NCBI GenBank assembly: GCA_029953675.1
Contig: JAMWBK010000001.1
Span: forward strand, 1,178,001 to 1,242,000
DNA length: 64,000 nt
Source: Rhodosorus marinus CCMP1338
Lineage: Eukaryota; Plantae; Rhodophyta
Reading direction: 5' to 3'
The position numbers were made by a program, and so were the translations under genes. Shown here one piece after another: positions 21,052 through 33,005 of this stretch. Every line of letters begins with the position of its first letter. Within the stretch, counting starts at the first letter, position 1. Under the pieces are notes generated by a model. It was given only the letters and a program-made list of their open reading frames with translations. It had not been told where the DNA came from and ran no database searches.

Positions 21052-23325
21052 GTTTACTTCTTAACTGGTGGTGGCTTGACTACTTGCTTCCTGTTCAGCT
21101 TCCTTCCGATTTCTTATCGCTGTACTACTCCCTGAGAAACAAGTGATTGTCGATGCCTGCTACTCGACCACCAGATGGACTGATTTAGCTCTTCCAACAC
21201 TTTATATACTCTTTCACATAGTCTTCGAGTCTGAAGCCAGCAGCTGGAAAAGCCAAGATTGCTCGTGTATAACCCACTCTTTGGGGGCGCTAGTGGAACA
21301 ACGAAGTTTCATCAGCAATCACGGAAAAGATTCGAAAGTGAGCTATTAGATACTTTGGCTACATTTCCTGCGACTTTGGATCCAAAAAAAGGTCGATTTT
21401 CCTCCTTCTCCTGGCACAACACTCATCCAACTGACCCTCATCGTACTGACCAGGTCTGTTCATGTTGAAACCGCTCCTCTGGGGCGGCTGTGGAACACAG
21501 AAGTTTCATCAGTAATCGCGAAAAGAATTGCTAGTTAGCTCTTGTATGCTCTGGATATATAACTTGTAACTTTAGGATTGAAATATAAGCCCGAGCCAAT
21601 GATCGCTATTACAACAATCGTTGAAGCGCGACTCTCACCGGCTAACAACAGCTAGGATCGTTTGTTGGATGCACTGTACAACCGACAGCGCTGCGGAGCA
21701 AATAATAATCTATCGATCGTTTCAAGTTCATCGATCTAATTACCCTGTTAGAGCGAAAGAATGTCGGGAAAAATTGAGTGTGGAACTGTCCTTGTTAGGA
21801 AATTGTGGAACAGATAAGTTTCATTATTAATTGCAATGGGGACCCCGAATTTGTGCGTTAGATACCGCAAGTTGCATCTCTTGGGTTTGGCATAAAAGTC
21901 GTATAAAATCCCCGAATTCACAACATTTACTGAATACTGTTAGCGGTGTGTTGACGGGTCCGACGTTTAAGGAGCAGAAAAGAGCATAAAACTGACGGAC
22001 TCGAGAGAAAAACAGACTGACAGTTGCGAGTTTCATCGTTCCAGTCAAGAAGCTACTCCCTGAGTGGCTCCCTGTGACGCTCACACTCCAAAAATAGCTC
22101 ACTGATCACAAAACACGTCTTGAAATTCGTATCAAGCTAGTCTCTATCTCACCTCACCACATCCGATGACCGCATCAGCCATCTCTCGGCTACCCCAACG
22201 GTTTTCGGATTTCCACCCATCCGCGACTCGGTAAGCGACTCGGGGGGTGACTCAACATGGCACCATAACTCACCCGTCAAAAATTCTCGATAACACACGC
22301 GTCAAATATCTAGCCAGTATCTCAGTTGACTACATCCGACGACCTCATCAGCCATCTACCGGTTTCCCCAATGTACTTCCTAAAATACATTCATTCTATC
22401 GCACACGTTCCTGATCACATCCGAATCGAACCAATCAGTGGTGATGGTTGGGTGGTTACGTGCGGTCGCTGCAGTAGGTAGCTCTCGGATAAAAGTTACG
22501 GGGTTACGTTAGGCTGCGATGAGATTAGCTGCGCTGTGGTAGGTAGCTGCCAAAGAAGGCTACCGGGTTGTGAACCAGCCAGCATCTCAGCTCTCCTCGC
22601 TGATCACCCGTTTGAAGTCCTGATTGTGACGTATCGCGAAAGCGATTCCAAAATCGAGCCCTCATATGCTCCGTTAGTACTACTACTATCGGCGGTACGC
22701 ACTAAGCGGGACTGGGGGCGCGATGCGCACTAGTTGCTAGGAAAAATAGCGTACAATCCAAGGGGCGCTAGTATGCTGCTGGAGCGCAATAAGCCGAAAC
22801 TGAGCAGATGAGTAGGAGTACTCAGCAGAGTGGTCAGCAAAGATTTTGCGCAGGCACCCCATGCTTGACTTTTGAAGATGATCAAAGCTTTTCCAAAGTG
22901 GAAGGCTATATTTGCACCGGGCTATATGTTGACTATGTTTCTTTTCAAGTCACCTTTGGTTCAAATAAAAGTCAGATCGAATTACCGTATCTGCTACATT
23001 ATTGTTGAATATTATTAAGGCCTATCTAAACTGATCCGACGTTGAAAAAGCAAAACCGACAACCTCAATAGCCATCTATCGGTACCCGAGAGACGTTGGG
23101 GTTCAATCAAAAGGTGAGCAGCGACCGGCTCGGTTTGAGTACCTCTTTGACGCCACACCCCAACCGTTATCTAAAAGAGCACGACCAATTTCTGATCAAG
23201 TTCACATCAACACAGTCAGTATCTCAGACCACTACATTGGTCGGAATGACCAGCAATCTATTGGTGTCAACTGCAAGATCATCATGCTCCCATAAGCAGT
23301 GTCTACAGTCCAAACGGCTTCCGGG

Positions 23326-23522
23326 TTGTACCCCCCAAGCCGTTGTACCCCGAAGCCGCTGTACCCCGAAGCCGTTGTACCTCGAAGCCATTGTACCCCC
23401 GAAGCCGTTGTACCCCGAAGCCGTTGTACCCCGGAGCCGTTGTACCTCGAAGCCATTGTACCCCCGAAGCCGTTGTACCCCGATTCCGTTGTACCCCGAA
23501 GCCGTTGTACCCCCGAAAGCCG
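23326..23522. repeat. 16-17-nt minisatellite (TTGTACCCCGAAGCCG), 12 units
   Basis: Counted directly. The C-run varies from 4 to 6; a variant pair (ttgtacctcgaagcca + 5-C unit) recurs at units 4-5 and 8-9. Confidence 0.95.
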
Positions 23523-23542
23523 TTGGAGACTCCAATGGCGGT

Positions 23543-23836
23543 ATCAAATACGCGGGGGCTTTGTCTTCCCCTGGTGTTCGTGCTTCGGCACTAGCACATC
23601 GCTTGGTACCCCTGATCATTGAGTGCTTTGGGTTCATGGACTCTGTTGGTTCTCGCTGGCTTCGGGAGTTGTTCCGCGAACGCCCTGACCGTCTTCAATC
23701 GTTGTTTACCCGCTTAAGTTTCCTGCTGTGGCGCATGAATGCCGCTTTGATGTTGGAGGCGCGAGTACTTCGCCGCGCTTAGTCTTTTTTTCCCCTCGGG
23801 GTTTTTTTTTCAGCCTCCGATTAAACCATTCATTCA
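23543..23836 (+). mobile_element. Family B 3' fragment (~290 bp)
   Basis: Essentially identical to the B 3' end (IKYAGALSSPG...MLEARVLRRA*), ending AACCATTCATTCA. Confidence 0.9.
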
Positions 23837-23949
23837 ATGGCGGTTCGGATATTAAATTACATTATATTTTTATACCGTCCAACAACAAGCCCTACAATAT
23901 ATTTAAAAAACTAGAAATGGTAGGAATTTTTTTTGCGGAACAAGAGTGA

Positions 23950-24390
23950 CCGAAAAAGTGGGACACCGTGTCACTTCGGTAGTTATTAATACGTCCCACC
24001 TGGGCACTGCCTCAATTATTCCAGAATACAAGGTTTATTTCTATCCTAATTGCTCCCTAATTAGGTAGTTTATCCCAAAACTAGCTTTCCTTTTCTAACT
24101 AACTGTGGTTCTTCTTTCCTTACCTTTTTTCTTCTCTACCTGCCAGCTAACCTCGAACGTATTGGGTGGGGTTCCATCGTACTTATATGCTTACTTCATC
24201 GGAATGGGCAATACCGCCGAGACTAAAATAAGAGTTGTTAGCTCCATAAACTCTGGTAGTACCTGAGCATAATTTTAGCTCTTCCGGATGATAGTGGTGG
24301 AAGGTTGAATTGCTTGGAAGGGCTCAGAAGTCACAGTTATTTTTTCAATGATTAATTTCTGTTTGGTGGGTTGACTATTTTTATTTGATT
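23950..24390. repeat. AT-rich block X, copy 2
   Basis: Matches 16900-17340, and is again followed by an A-type terminus. Confidence 0.9.
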
Positions 24391-24465
24391 GGACTTTTCT
24401 AACATAGCCTGAATGAATGGTTTAATCCGAGGCTGAAAAAAAAAAACCGCGAGGGGAAAAAAAGA

Positions 24466-27400
24466 CTAAGCGCGGCGAAGTACTCGCGCCTCCAACATCA
24501 AAGCGGCATTCATGCGCCACAGCAGGAAACTTAAGCGGGTAAACAACGATTGAAGACGGTCAGGGCGTTCGCGGAACAACTCCCGAAGCCAGCGAGAACC
24601 AACAGAGTCCATGAACCCAAAGCACTCAATGATCAGGGGTACCAAGCGATGTGCTAGTGCCGAAGCACGAACACCAGGGGAAGACAAAGCCCCCGCGTAT
24701 TTGATCTCTTTGCGGCGTCTCATGCTGGCGGCGGCAGATCCACGGCGCTCCCCCGCAGCCGGGAGATAACGACTAGCTTGAGGGTTGGGAACAGCAAGAT
24801 CAACGTATGTGGTACGGCGGCTGTCGTCACAGGTGATCACCAGGTCGGCTACACGGCGTTCATCATTTTGAAAGTCCGCGACGGGTAAAGGTTTCTCACG
24901 TTCGATTTCCAGACCGGCTTGCCGGACTATAGGCCGAAGTTCCCGGTATAACAGGTTCAAGATCCGTGTGTGGCGGCGGGTTCGAGCACCTTTCACCGCC
25001 GGGCAACTAGCGAGCAGGTGGGCGCCAAAATCTGCGTTGTCTTCAGTCTGAGAGCAGAGAGGGCACGACGAACCCATCTCGTACGGCCAAGGGGGCTGCT
25101 GTAAGCCGAGGTATAAGCGCAGTGAAGTACGCACTTCGAAATCCGACAGTGTGAGTGGCGGAAAGGCTGGTACGGTCATGAGCCACTGAGAGCTAAGAAC
25201 CCCTCCAAGACTACGTAGGCGGGCGCGAGCGCGAGAAGATGAGACCATCTGCGCGAGGAGTCGGCCATATGCAGCACGGTGCAAGTCCCAAGAAAGGATA
25301 TTTTGCAGCGCATCCGTGCGTGCTTGAGCTCGGCTCCCAGCGCGCTGGGAATCATCAGGAGGATCAACTGGAACTTCTTCTTCTGCGGCAACCACTGGGT
25401 CAATCTCCCCTAGAACAGGTTCAGGCGCAGGACGAATCCCCGGGGCGGAGCCTCGAGAGCGGTCAAATACAGCTCGCCAGTCAGGAAGACGGGGTTGAAC
25501 GGTTTCGGGGAGACTAGTACAGGAGTTCAGGGCGGTTTGGAGCTCCAGAAACAAGTCTTGGGCGCTTTCCGGTACGCTGGGAAGCAAGACACCCCGCGAG
25601 AGGCTCGCCATCAAATTGCGGAACTTCGAGATACCCAAGCTGCTCAAAGTGGGAAGTGCGGTTCCCCAGGCCCCTACTGCGGCTGCAGGTTGGACCACAA
25701 CACGATTGCAGAGGCCCAGTCCCCCCAATCGCAATGGGAGGCCTACCTGGGCGCGCACAACATCACAGGTGGGTCGCGGCAGAGCGCTCAGCTCTTCATC
25801 GAGAAATACCCCAGGTCACGGAAACTTTCAGCATCCGCACGAGTGGCCAACCACCGGCCCCAATGAGTTGGAAGTGAGCGAAGCCAATAGGTTAACCGCT
25901 GACTGCAACAATACCGAAACAGCAACAACGAGCACTGGAGAAAGCCCGGAGGTAGCCGTCGAAGCTCTGCAACCAGCTGTCTGTGCTTACCGAGGAGCTG
26001 CAGCAACTCGCCTTCAACGAAGGACGGCGACCCGTAGGGGATGCCTAAGTGGACAAAACCATCCGGTCTCCAAATATCCTGGAACGACGCAGGTACCTGC
26101 TGCTCTTGTGCAGCTACACCTCCCCAGTAGAACGATTTGTGATGATTAACCTCCAGGTCAACCCGCGAAGCCAAGGAGCGGAGACGATCATAAGCGAGCG
26201 CTAGAGTATCAGGGGGCCCCAGGAGGCACACGTCGTCGTGGTATGCAACCGTACGAACCTGCGGGAATTCGGAGCGAAGACAAAGCAAGACGAGTTGTAG
26301 TCCACAGGCATGTAGGAAAGGGGACAAGGGATCACCCTGTTGTACCCCTGTGCGCGCCGCAAACGTGTGTGAGGAAGCGCCAAGGGTGTCATAGGTAGCC
26401 CCACGACCAAGCGGAGAATAAAGTCTACTAACAAAGGGAAAGCCTACAGGGAAGACTTCGCGCACCACGTGCATGAGAGCCGGACGAGAGACGCGGTTGA
26501 ACGCATTGGTAAAATCTACAGAGAGGAGCCCAGAATCTGGGGAGTACGCCATTTCCGAACGGAGTAAAACAGACAACAACTCACAGCCACCACGATAGCC
26601 CACGCCTAACTGCACGTGCCCAAAGAAACGGCGGGATTCGGGAACCAGGATTTTCACTAACCATCGCGCCGCCAATTTGCGGACCACCTCAACCAGGCCA
26701 ATAGGGCGAATAGCAGGGCTCGAGGCCGTGTGGCTGGGCTTCGAAAGCAGACACAACTGCGAACGCCCGACCAAGAACCACGCACACTCACACAGGGGAT
26801 CACCATTCACAAGCGCTTCGACCACCCACGCCAACGCCTTCAAACCTTCATCACTTAAGAAACGGAGATATTCCACCCGCAGCCCCGAGGGCCCTGGGGA
26901 ACGGCCCTTCGGAGCATCATGAACCAACTCACGCACCGCCTCCAGATTGACCACTAACCGCGCACTGGGATGTGGCGCGGCGCGGTACTCTTCCAACACT
27001 GATTCAAACGAGGAGTCCCAAGGGGAGCCTTCCGAGGGAAAGAGCAAACGGAGCGGTGAAGAAAGATCATCGGAGTATGGAACCACAGGTTGCCGCTGCT
27101 GGAGGATCCCGGCTGCCCGCCGCAGATCACCGCCTGCCACCGCGTGACGCGCCCGATTCTGTCGAGAAGACCTAAAAGCTGAGGAAGCACTAGGAGAAAA
27201 GGAAGAGAGAGAAGCGAAATAAAGACGTTCGAGGTCCTCAAAGTCGCCGGAAAGGAACATTTGCAGTTTTCGGCGAGGGTGGACCCGGCGAGGATGTGGG
27301 TTGAGGGGGACGGTAGAGGATGTGAGCACGAGGCGGGGAAAAAGAACAAGAGTTCCCAGCGAAGAGAGCAGTGAGGGTTCGCGGCGACCTGCTGCCAGAG

Positions 27401-27607
27401 AAAATCCAACACCAATCCTAGGGGCTTATGAAGTCGACGAGGGAGCCGTACGGCCGTGCTCTGACGACAAAGGGGAAGGGAACCGTCCGGGTAGGAGGCG
27501 ATAAGGTGCGAAAACCACGAGAGAACACGCTCATGCCAGGCTGAGCGGTCACTGGTAAACAGGGGTAACCGGGACGACACGCACGCGGAGGAGGAAGACT
27601 CAGACAT
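24466..27607 (-). pseudogene. Family B ORF2 (~1050 aa if repaired): RT, CCHC, RLE; two apparent 1-nt deletions (~27335 and ~25800)
   Basis: Pieces 26954..27826 (from MSESSSS), 25788..27329 and 24466..25758 join by homology to family A and to the 31.5-kb remnant (FP|RLVL and GYF|LDEEL). Confidence 0.85.
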
Positions 27608-28898
27608 CGGGCCTCCCCTCAGTCGGGAAGGCAGATCGAATATCCGGAGGAGGTGCCTCGGAGGGAGGCTCAGGAGCCGCACGACGCTTACGTGGAGGGC
27701 GCACGAAGGAACTAAAAGACCTGAAGAAAGTAGACACAGGGTTTTCAGCAGCGGAGTCTTGACTGAGGGTGTCCAGAGCCAGCGGATTGGGAGAGGCCGA
27801 TGGTGCTTCTGCCATGTCGGTGTCACGAGCCTCGGAGACAGGGCGAGGGGAGGAAGGGTGCTCAGGAGTCGGCGGCAGAAGGTCAGACGCAGGGTGGGCT
27901 TCCAGCAGGGTGGCCTCAGTGGAGAGGAAGGCCTCTAGCGCGGTGCGGAGGACCCCGCGAGGAGGAAAACGCGCGAAGAGGCTCGCCTGTATGCGCGAGA
28001 GCCGCGCCGCATGAGTGTGTAGCGCGACAACCGAAGCCTGCGAGGCATCCAGGTTTTGCAAGGCCGACGGTGGAACCCAGCCGGCGTCAAAACGATCGAA
28101 CTCGACAAACAAAGAGACATGAGGACGAGTCAGTATCATGTTGGCCAGAGCAGAGCGCTGGGGCGCGGGGGTGGTTACAAGCGATTGAAGGAACTGGTAA
28201 GCCGAGTCAGTAACAAGAAAACAGGCATGAGGGCCCGTGAAGTCCACATATAGGAATTCAGACGGGGCGACCCCAAGGGAGGAAGCCATGGTGTCGCGAA
28301 AATCGCGGTAGTGGACGGGCGCGCGGCCCCGACCACGAGAGGGGGTCTGGGGACGCACGTTCGTCATCCAAACAAAGTGGAACGGAGATAGTTGGCGAGA
28401 AGAGTCAATAGGGATGTGTTGTGGCATCATACGCACCATTGCCGTCGTGCGTTGTTCAGAAGAGCCCCTGCGTAGGACCTGCGAATAGGTCGCACGTGGG
28501 GCACTGGAGGGAGCAGGATTCGGGCCCGACGCGGGCCCAGGAGGCGTCTGTCCTTGAATAGGGGTAGGCCAGTCGGAATCAGGAATGACCGGAGCGGAGC
28601 GCTCGGGTCGGGTGGAGGCAGGCCCCGCTGTACCGTGCGGATCCGCGGGGACGGGCACCGGGGGGTATGGGGCAGGCGCGGAGGCGGAGAAGCGCTCCAA
28701 ATAGGCGATCAGCAGGGGCAGGCGGTGTTCCTGGGAAGCAGTCACAAGAAGACTCGTCAGTTTCGAGCAGATCCCATGGGCTAACTCGTCAGCGCAGTCC
28801 GTGAGGGTGGCCGCGGTACTAAACCCGCCCACGCTGAGCTCCACGCGCGCTGAGAGAACGGCTCCGTCCGCCGGAATGGGTGGGGAAACCCCAACCAT
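27600..28898 (-). CDS. Family B ORF1 (~432 aa from MVGVSPPIP), putative nucleic-acid-binding protein
   Basis: Open frame 27600..29087; N-terminus MVGVSP is shared with A1/A2; TYSQVLRRG and WMTNVRPQ...RDFRDT motifs are homologous to A ORF1. Confidence 0.8.
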   Translation of the reverse strand: MVGVSPPIPADGAVLSARVELSVGGFSTAATLTDCADELAHGICSKLTSLLVTASQEHRLPLLIAYLERFSASAPAPYPPVPVPADPHGTAGPASTRPERSAPVIPDSDWPTPIQGQTPPGPASGPNPAPSSAPRATYSQVLRRGSSEQRTTAMVRMMPQHIPIDSSRQLSPFHFVWMTNVRPQTPSRGRGRAPVHYRDFRDTMASSLGVAPSEFLYVDFTGPHACFLVTDSAYQFLQSLVTTPAPQRSALANMILTRPHVSLFVEFDRFDAGWVPPSALQNLDASQASVVALHTHAARLSRIQASLFARFPPRGVLRTALEAFLSTEATLLEAHPASDLLPPTPEHPSSPRPVSEARDTDMAEAPSASPNPLALDTLSQDSAAENPVSTFFRSFSSFVRPPRKRRAAPEPPSEAPPPDIRSAFPTEGRPDV

Positions 28899-29155
28899 AA
28901 CGATTGGAAGGTGTGAAAAACCGATTCCCCCACGAAACCCCCAAAAAGAGAACTTGTTCCCAACGTTTGCAACCAAAGAAAAACCACCACGACCTCCAAG
29001 GGGCGCTAGCAACCCCCAGCACGCACCACACCAATAGAAGATGCGGGGGAAAGGCTGCAGAAAGAAGCGCCTCCCACCGAAGAACACAATTGCGACTCAA
29101 AACCACCAAAAGCCAGCACCATACACCCTCACGAAACCAAAAACTGCTTCTTTGT

Positions 29156-29390
29156 ACATAGCCTGAAGCGCTACGCAAGGCGTGAAGATGAACTAATAAC
29201 TAGGGAGGGAAGCATGCAACCCCAGACGCCGATGGCGCGCCTCGGAAAGCATGTGGCTGGAATATCGCCAAAGGGAGACGCTTAAACGCCTCAAGAGCGC
29301 CAAATATTCAGTAGGATGTTCAGCAAAACATTTCCGCAACCACTCTAAACCCGACTTATCCACGTGACCAAAGCTTTCCACAATGAATGG
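29156..29390 (-). mobile_element. A1 3' fragment whose terminus is interrupted by the B insertion
   Basis: ORF 29193..29381 ends LGLHASLPSY*; the UTR continues to ...CTTCAGGCTATG|TACAAAG (B 5' end). Confidence 0.85.
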
Positions 29391-29754
29391 TCTATTTGAT
29401 TTGCGGCGGACTCACAACGAACATCTTCATGGCGACCTATGCGAAGAACAGTCTTTCTGTTGGCGCCTTCGCAAGCGAGGTCTGAGTGGTCTCCGCGATA
29501 AAAAGGGGCGAACATGAAATTCTCGAGGCGTGAAGCCAAAACACTGAATTTGCCAAAGGTGACAAGCCGATAGAGCAAAGCGGGAATATGTATCGCGGCA
29601 CCCACCCCATCGATTCTCTGAACGATCACGAAAAAAAAAAAAATCTCATGAAATCCCACTTTGGCATAGTACAGTATCTCAAACCATACATCCGTCGGCT
29701 TGACCCAGCCATTTCTGTTGGCGTCAGCTGCATCTTCATTGTACACCCAAAGAG

Positions 29755-30098
29755 ACGTCGCAAAGAGTTGAAATATGCGGGGGCCTTGTCTTCCCCAGGC
29801 TTTCGTGCTTCGGCTAGCTCATCGCCTGGTACCTCTGGTCATTGAGTGCTTTGGGTTTATGGATTCCGTTGGTTCTCGTTGGCTTCGGGAATTGTTCCGC
29901 GAACGCCTTGACCAACTATCCTCGTTGTTTACCCGCGTAAGTTTCTTGCTGGACTTTACTACCCGTCTAAGTTTCTTGCTGTGGAGCATGAACGCTGCTT
30001 TGATGTTGGCGCGCGATCTTCGCCGCGCTTAGTCTTCTTTTTCCCCTCGGCTCGGGGTTTTTTTTCTTTTAGCCTCCGATCAAACCAATTCATTCATC
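29755..30098 (+). mobile_element. Diverged B-like 3' fragment
   Basis: RRRKELKYAGALSSPG...LVIECFGFMDSVGSRWLRELFRE...; ends AATTCATTCA. Confidence 0.8.
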
Positions 30099-30740
30099 AA
30101 ACTTCTTGTTCACGTTTATTCAGAGCCTAACTAATCAGACAGTGTTCTACGTTCCAACCGGCTTCGGGGTTGTACCGGGAACCCCGAAACCCCGCCGTGG
30201 TGGTTGCTGGGGTGGTTGGTCGGAGATTTAGATTACATTATATTTGACAGTGTCCGGACAAAAAGTTGTACGATACTAACAAAACTTGAGATTGCAGAAA
30301 GTTTTCTTTTATGGAACAAAATCGAACGGAAAGATGTGAGACAGTTTGTCTTCCAAGTTTTCATTAAGTTGAATGATTGGCTTTCTATTTAATTGTCGTG
30401 TGGGGGAAGCAACTCAACGGTGCTTCCACGGAGTGTGAGTCTGTAAAGGACAAGCATTCTGTTGCCGCTGATTTGCAATCCGTAAGAATGCCTGGATAAA
30501 CTATAGAATTATGAAATCCTCGCCAGGTAAACTAAAACACTGAAGTGCCGAGGGTAACACATGCCGGTGGGTCAAAGCCGAAGCGCGAATTCCCCGTGGT
30601 AGCTAAACTCTCCCCGCCGTATAACACTTCTTTTTGACGTTGTAATGTGGCAGCCGCAGTTCCACGGCACTCCCGCGAAGTCCACAGGGAACGGTTAGCT
30701 GGGGGATTTGGAACGTACAGATCTACATATGTAGCTCGAT

Positions 30741-31045
30741 GGCTATGTTGTGATTTTGTTGGCTTTGTTTGGCTTTATTGGTTGGTTTTATTGGGCTTTA
30801 CTGGGCTTTATTAGGCTTTATTAGCATAGCCTACAGCGCTACGCAAACCGTTAAAAGGAACTAAGAACTAGGTAGGGAAGCGTGCAAACCCAGGCGCCGA
30901 TGGCGCGCCTCGGCAAGCATGCTGCTCGAATATCGCCACAGAGAGACACTTAACTGGGCTTTGTTAGCAGAGCCTGAAGCGCTACGCAAGGCGTGAAAAG
31001 GAACTAAGAACTAGGGAGGGAAGCGTGCAAACCCAGGCGCCGAAG
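30741..31045 (-). mobile_element. Two head-to-tail A2 3' fragments; the first has a long ~8-unit tail (30741-30824)
   Basis: Element sense: ggctatgc taataaagcc taataaagcc cagtaaagcc caataaaacc aac caataaagcc aaacaaagcc... Confidence 0.85.
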
Positions 31046-31049
31046 GGTA

Positions 31050-32170
31050 TTTCGCAACGCACCCGTGCGTGCGGAGGCGCGCCTCCTAGAACCCGGTCCA
31101 CTATCAGAAGGATCGCGAGGGACCTCCGTTTACTCAGCAACTACATAACCAAGCGGGGCAGGTACACGACCGGCAGCTGTTCGGGTCGCGGGGCCGCGAG
31201 CACGCATCAAAACGGCTCGTCGGCCAGCCAAGCGTGGGTGCGGGTCTGCGGAGACTGGCACCGCCGATTGGAGCTCGAGAAATAAACCACGGATACTTTC
31301 AGGGGCATTAAGACTGTAGATCATCAGTGGAAGGATTGACCTCTAAATTCCCGAAACTTGACACCCCAACGCGGTCAAAGCCCGACCGCGGCCGTGGGTT
31401 GGATACCAGCTCGGTTGAAGAGGTCTAGACCACCCAGACGTAAAACGAGGCCCACCTGGGCACGAGCTATATCACGGGTGGGTCGCGGAAGATGACCCAG
31501 CTCCTCATCTAAGAAATATCCCAACTCACCAAAGCTCTCGTCGTCGGCACTGGTTGCCAGCAACCGGCCCCAGTGAACCGGGAGCGAGCGGAACCAATAG
31601 GTGAGTCGCTAACTGCAAAAAATATCGATAAAGCAACAACGAGCACTGCAGGAAGCCACGAGGCAGACGACGGAGCTCCAAGGTGAGCTGCCGGTGCTCA
31701 CTCAGAAACTGCGACAACTCACCTTTCACGAACGCGCGGACCAGCGGGAACTCTGAACCCAGGCTAAGGAAACCGACCTGAAGCCCCAAGGCGTGCAAGA
31801 AAGGCGCCAAGGGATCACCCTGGTGAACCCCAGTTCGCGCCTCAAAAGGGTGCGAGGATGGACCGAGGGTGTCACGTATAACCATTGGCCCATCAAAGAG
31901 TAAAAAAAAACGACCAACGAAGGCAAAAAACCTACGGGGAAGACAAGATGCACCACGTGCATGATGGCCGGTAGAGAGAGACGATTAAGCCCATTCCTAA
32001 ATTCAAGGGATAGTAACTCGTAATCCGACGAGTAGGTCAGATCTGAGCGAAGTTCTGGCAGCAACTCACATCCATATGTTCTCGGGGTGTACTTCAGACG
32101 CCGTGACGTTTCGTACGATAACCTCTCAATACTCCACACGAGCCGAGAAAGCGGTATCCACAACCGTTAA
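31050..32170 (-). pseudogene. Degenerate B-related RT region
   Basis: ORFs 31726..32163, 31526..31885 and 31375..31563 translate to FEARTGVHQGDPLAPFLHALGLQ and ELGYFLDEEL...RAQVGL; the YHDD segment is missing. Confidence 0.75.
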
Positions 32171-32971
32171 TACGGCGCTCACAGCCTAGGCGGATGGAAG
32201 GTCTTTTAGAGTTGGGTTCAAAGATTTCGTTGGTTCTTGTTGGCTACGAGAGTGGTTCTGCGAGCGTCCCGGCTCTCCTCGTTGTTTACTCGTCTAATTT
32301 TTCCCCTCTGTTTAGTCGGAGTCTAACTACCCTGAAAATCGAGAAACAATACGCTGAAGACTTGTGTCCAACAATAAAGCAGCGTTGGAATGCCAGAGGG
32401 TCAACCAGGCACAGCTCCGAGAGGGCCTATCAAGGGATGCCCTGGATTGCTGCAAAAAAAAAAAAAAAGCGCAAGCCAACGAGAACCTGCACTACAAATT
32501 AAACCAAAGCATTCGATGAAGAGCGGGGCAAACCGGTAGAACAATGCCTGAGTTTACTCCTGTGGGTTTATGGAAGCGCTGATTTGCAGCACCCGATATC
32601 CTCTCCGCCCCATAGTCCATTCTTTTTATTCCCACAATTTTTGGTTATTGTCTTACACCCTCAGTCACGTTCATTCAGTTCTGCTGAACGAGAGATAGAA
32701 TCTGGGAATCTGGACGTTAGAAACTCCCTTTTTTTAACGCGTTTCAATCTCCCAACGGTTTTTTTTTGTCTCATACTTCGAACAAGGAAAAAAAGCCGGT
32801 GGGAGAACTGGCTACTTGACCAGCAAGCAAGCACCATTCATGGTGCTGACTTGCTGCAAAGCTTGTATGAGCAGTTTTTTGTCAAAACGGCCTTTGGCTC
32901 TAGTGAGATCGTACTGTCATTGGAGAACACGCAAGCCCCAGTAAAGCCTAGTTGATCTAATGCTGTGTAGA

Positions 32972-33005
32972 GGCTTCACTGGGCTTTACTAGCATAGGCT
33001 TCACT
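32972..33005 (-). mobile_element. 16-nt family A terminus-only insertion with 9-bp TSD
   Basis: GGCTTCACT-[GGGCTTTACTAGCATA]-GGCTTCACT. The insert is the reverse complement of TATGCTAGTAAAGCCC and is absent at the matching position of paralog 1. Confidence 0.75.

Larger units (their letters stand above)
24410..29155 (-). mobile_element. Family B CRE-like non-LTR retrotransposon, apparently full length (~4.75 kb), flanked by direct repeat ACATAGCCTGAA
   Basis: 5'UTR, ORF1, ORF2 (RT with YHDD, CPLC...HLLASC knuckle, RLE), T-rich 3'UTR and (ATTC)n tail. Direct repeats at 24402-24413 and 29156-29167. Confidence 0.92.

Noticed and set aside
21150-23300. Weak local duplications (~21270/21480; ~22140/22330/23060) and short ORFs
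   Set aside because: Too degenerate to assign; no coding evidence.
23326-23522. CRISPR array
   Set aside because: Units are contiguous with no unique spacers, there are no cas genes, and the context is eukaryotic. The Pro-rich ORFs across it are repeat artefacts.
27325-27350. Programmed -1 frameshift site in B ORF2
   Set aside because: C-TTT-TTC is not a canonical slippery heptamer, and family A is continuous at the homologous position; a 1-nt deletion is simpler.
29390-29755. Possible host-gene fragment between A and B pieces
   Set aside because: The best frame has stops and no motif I recognise; cannot be supported.
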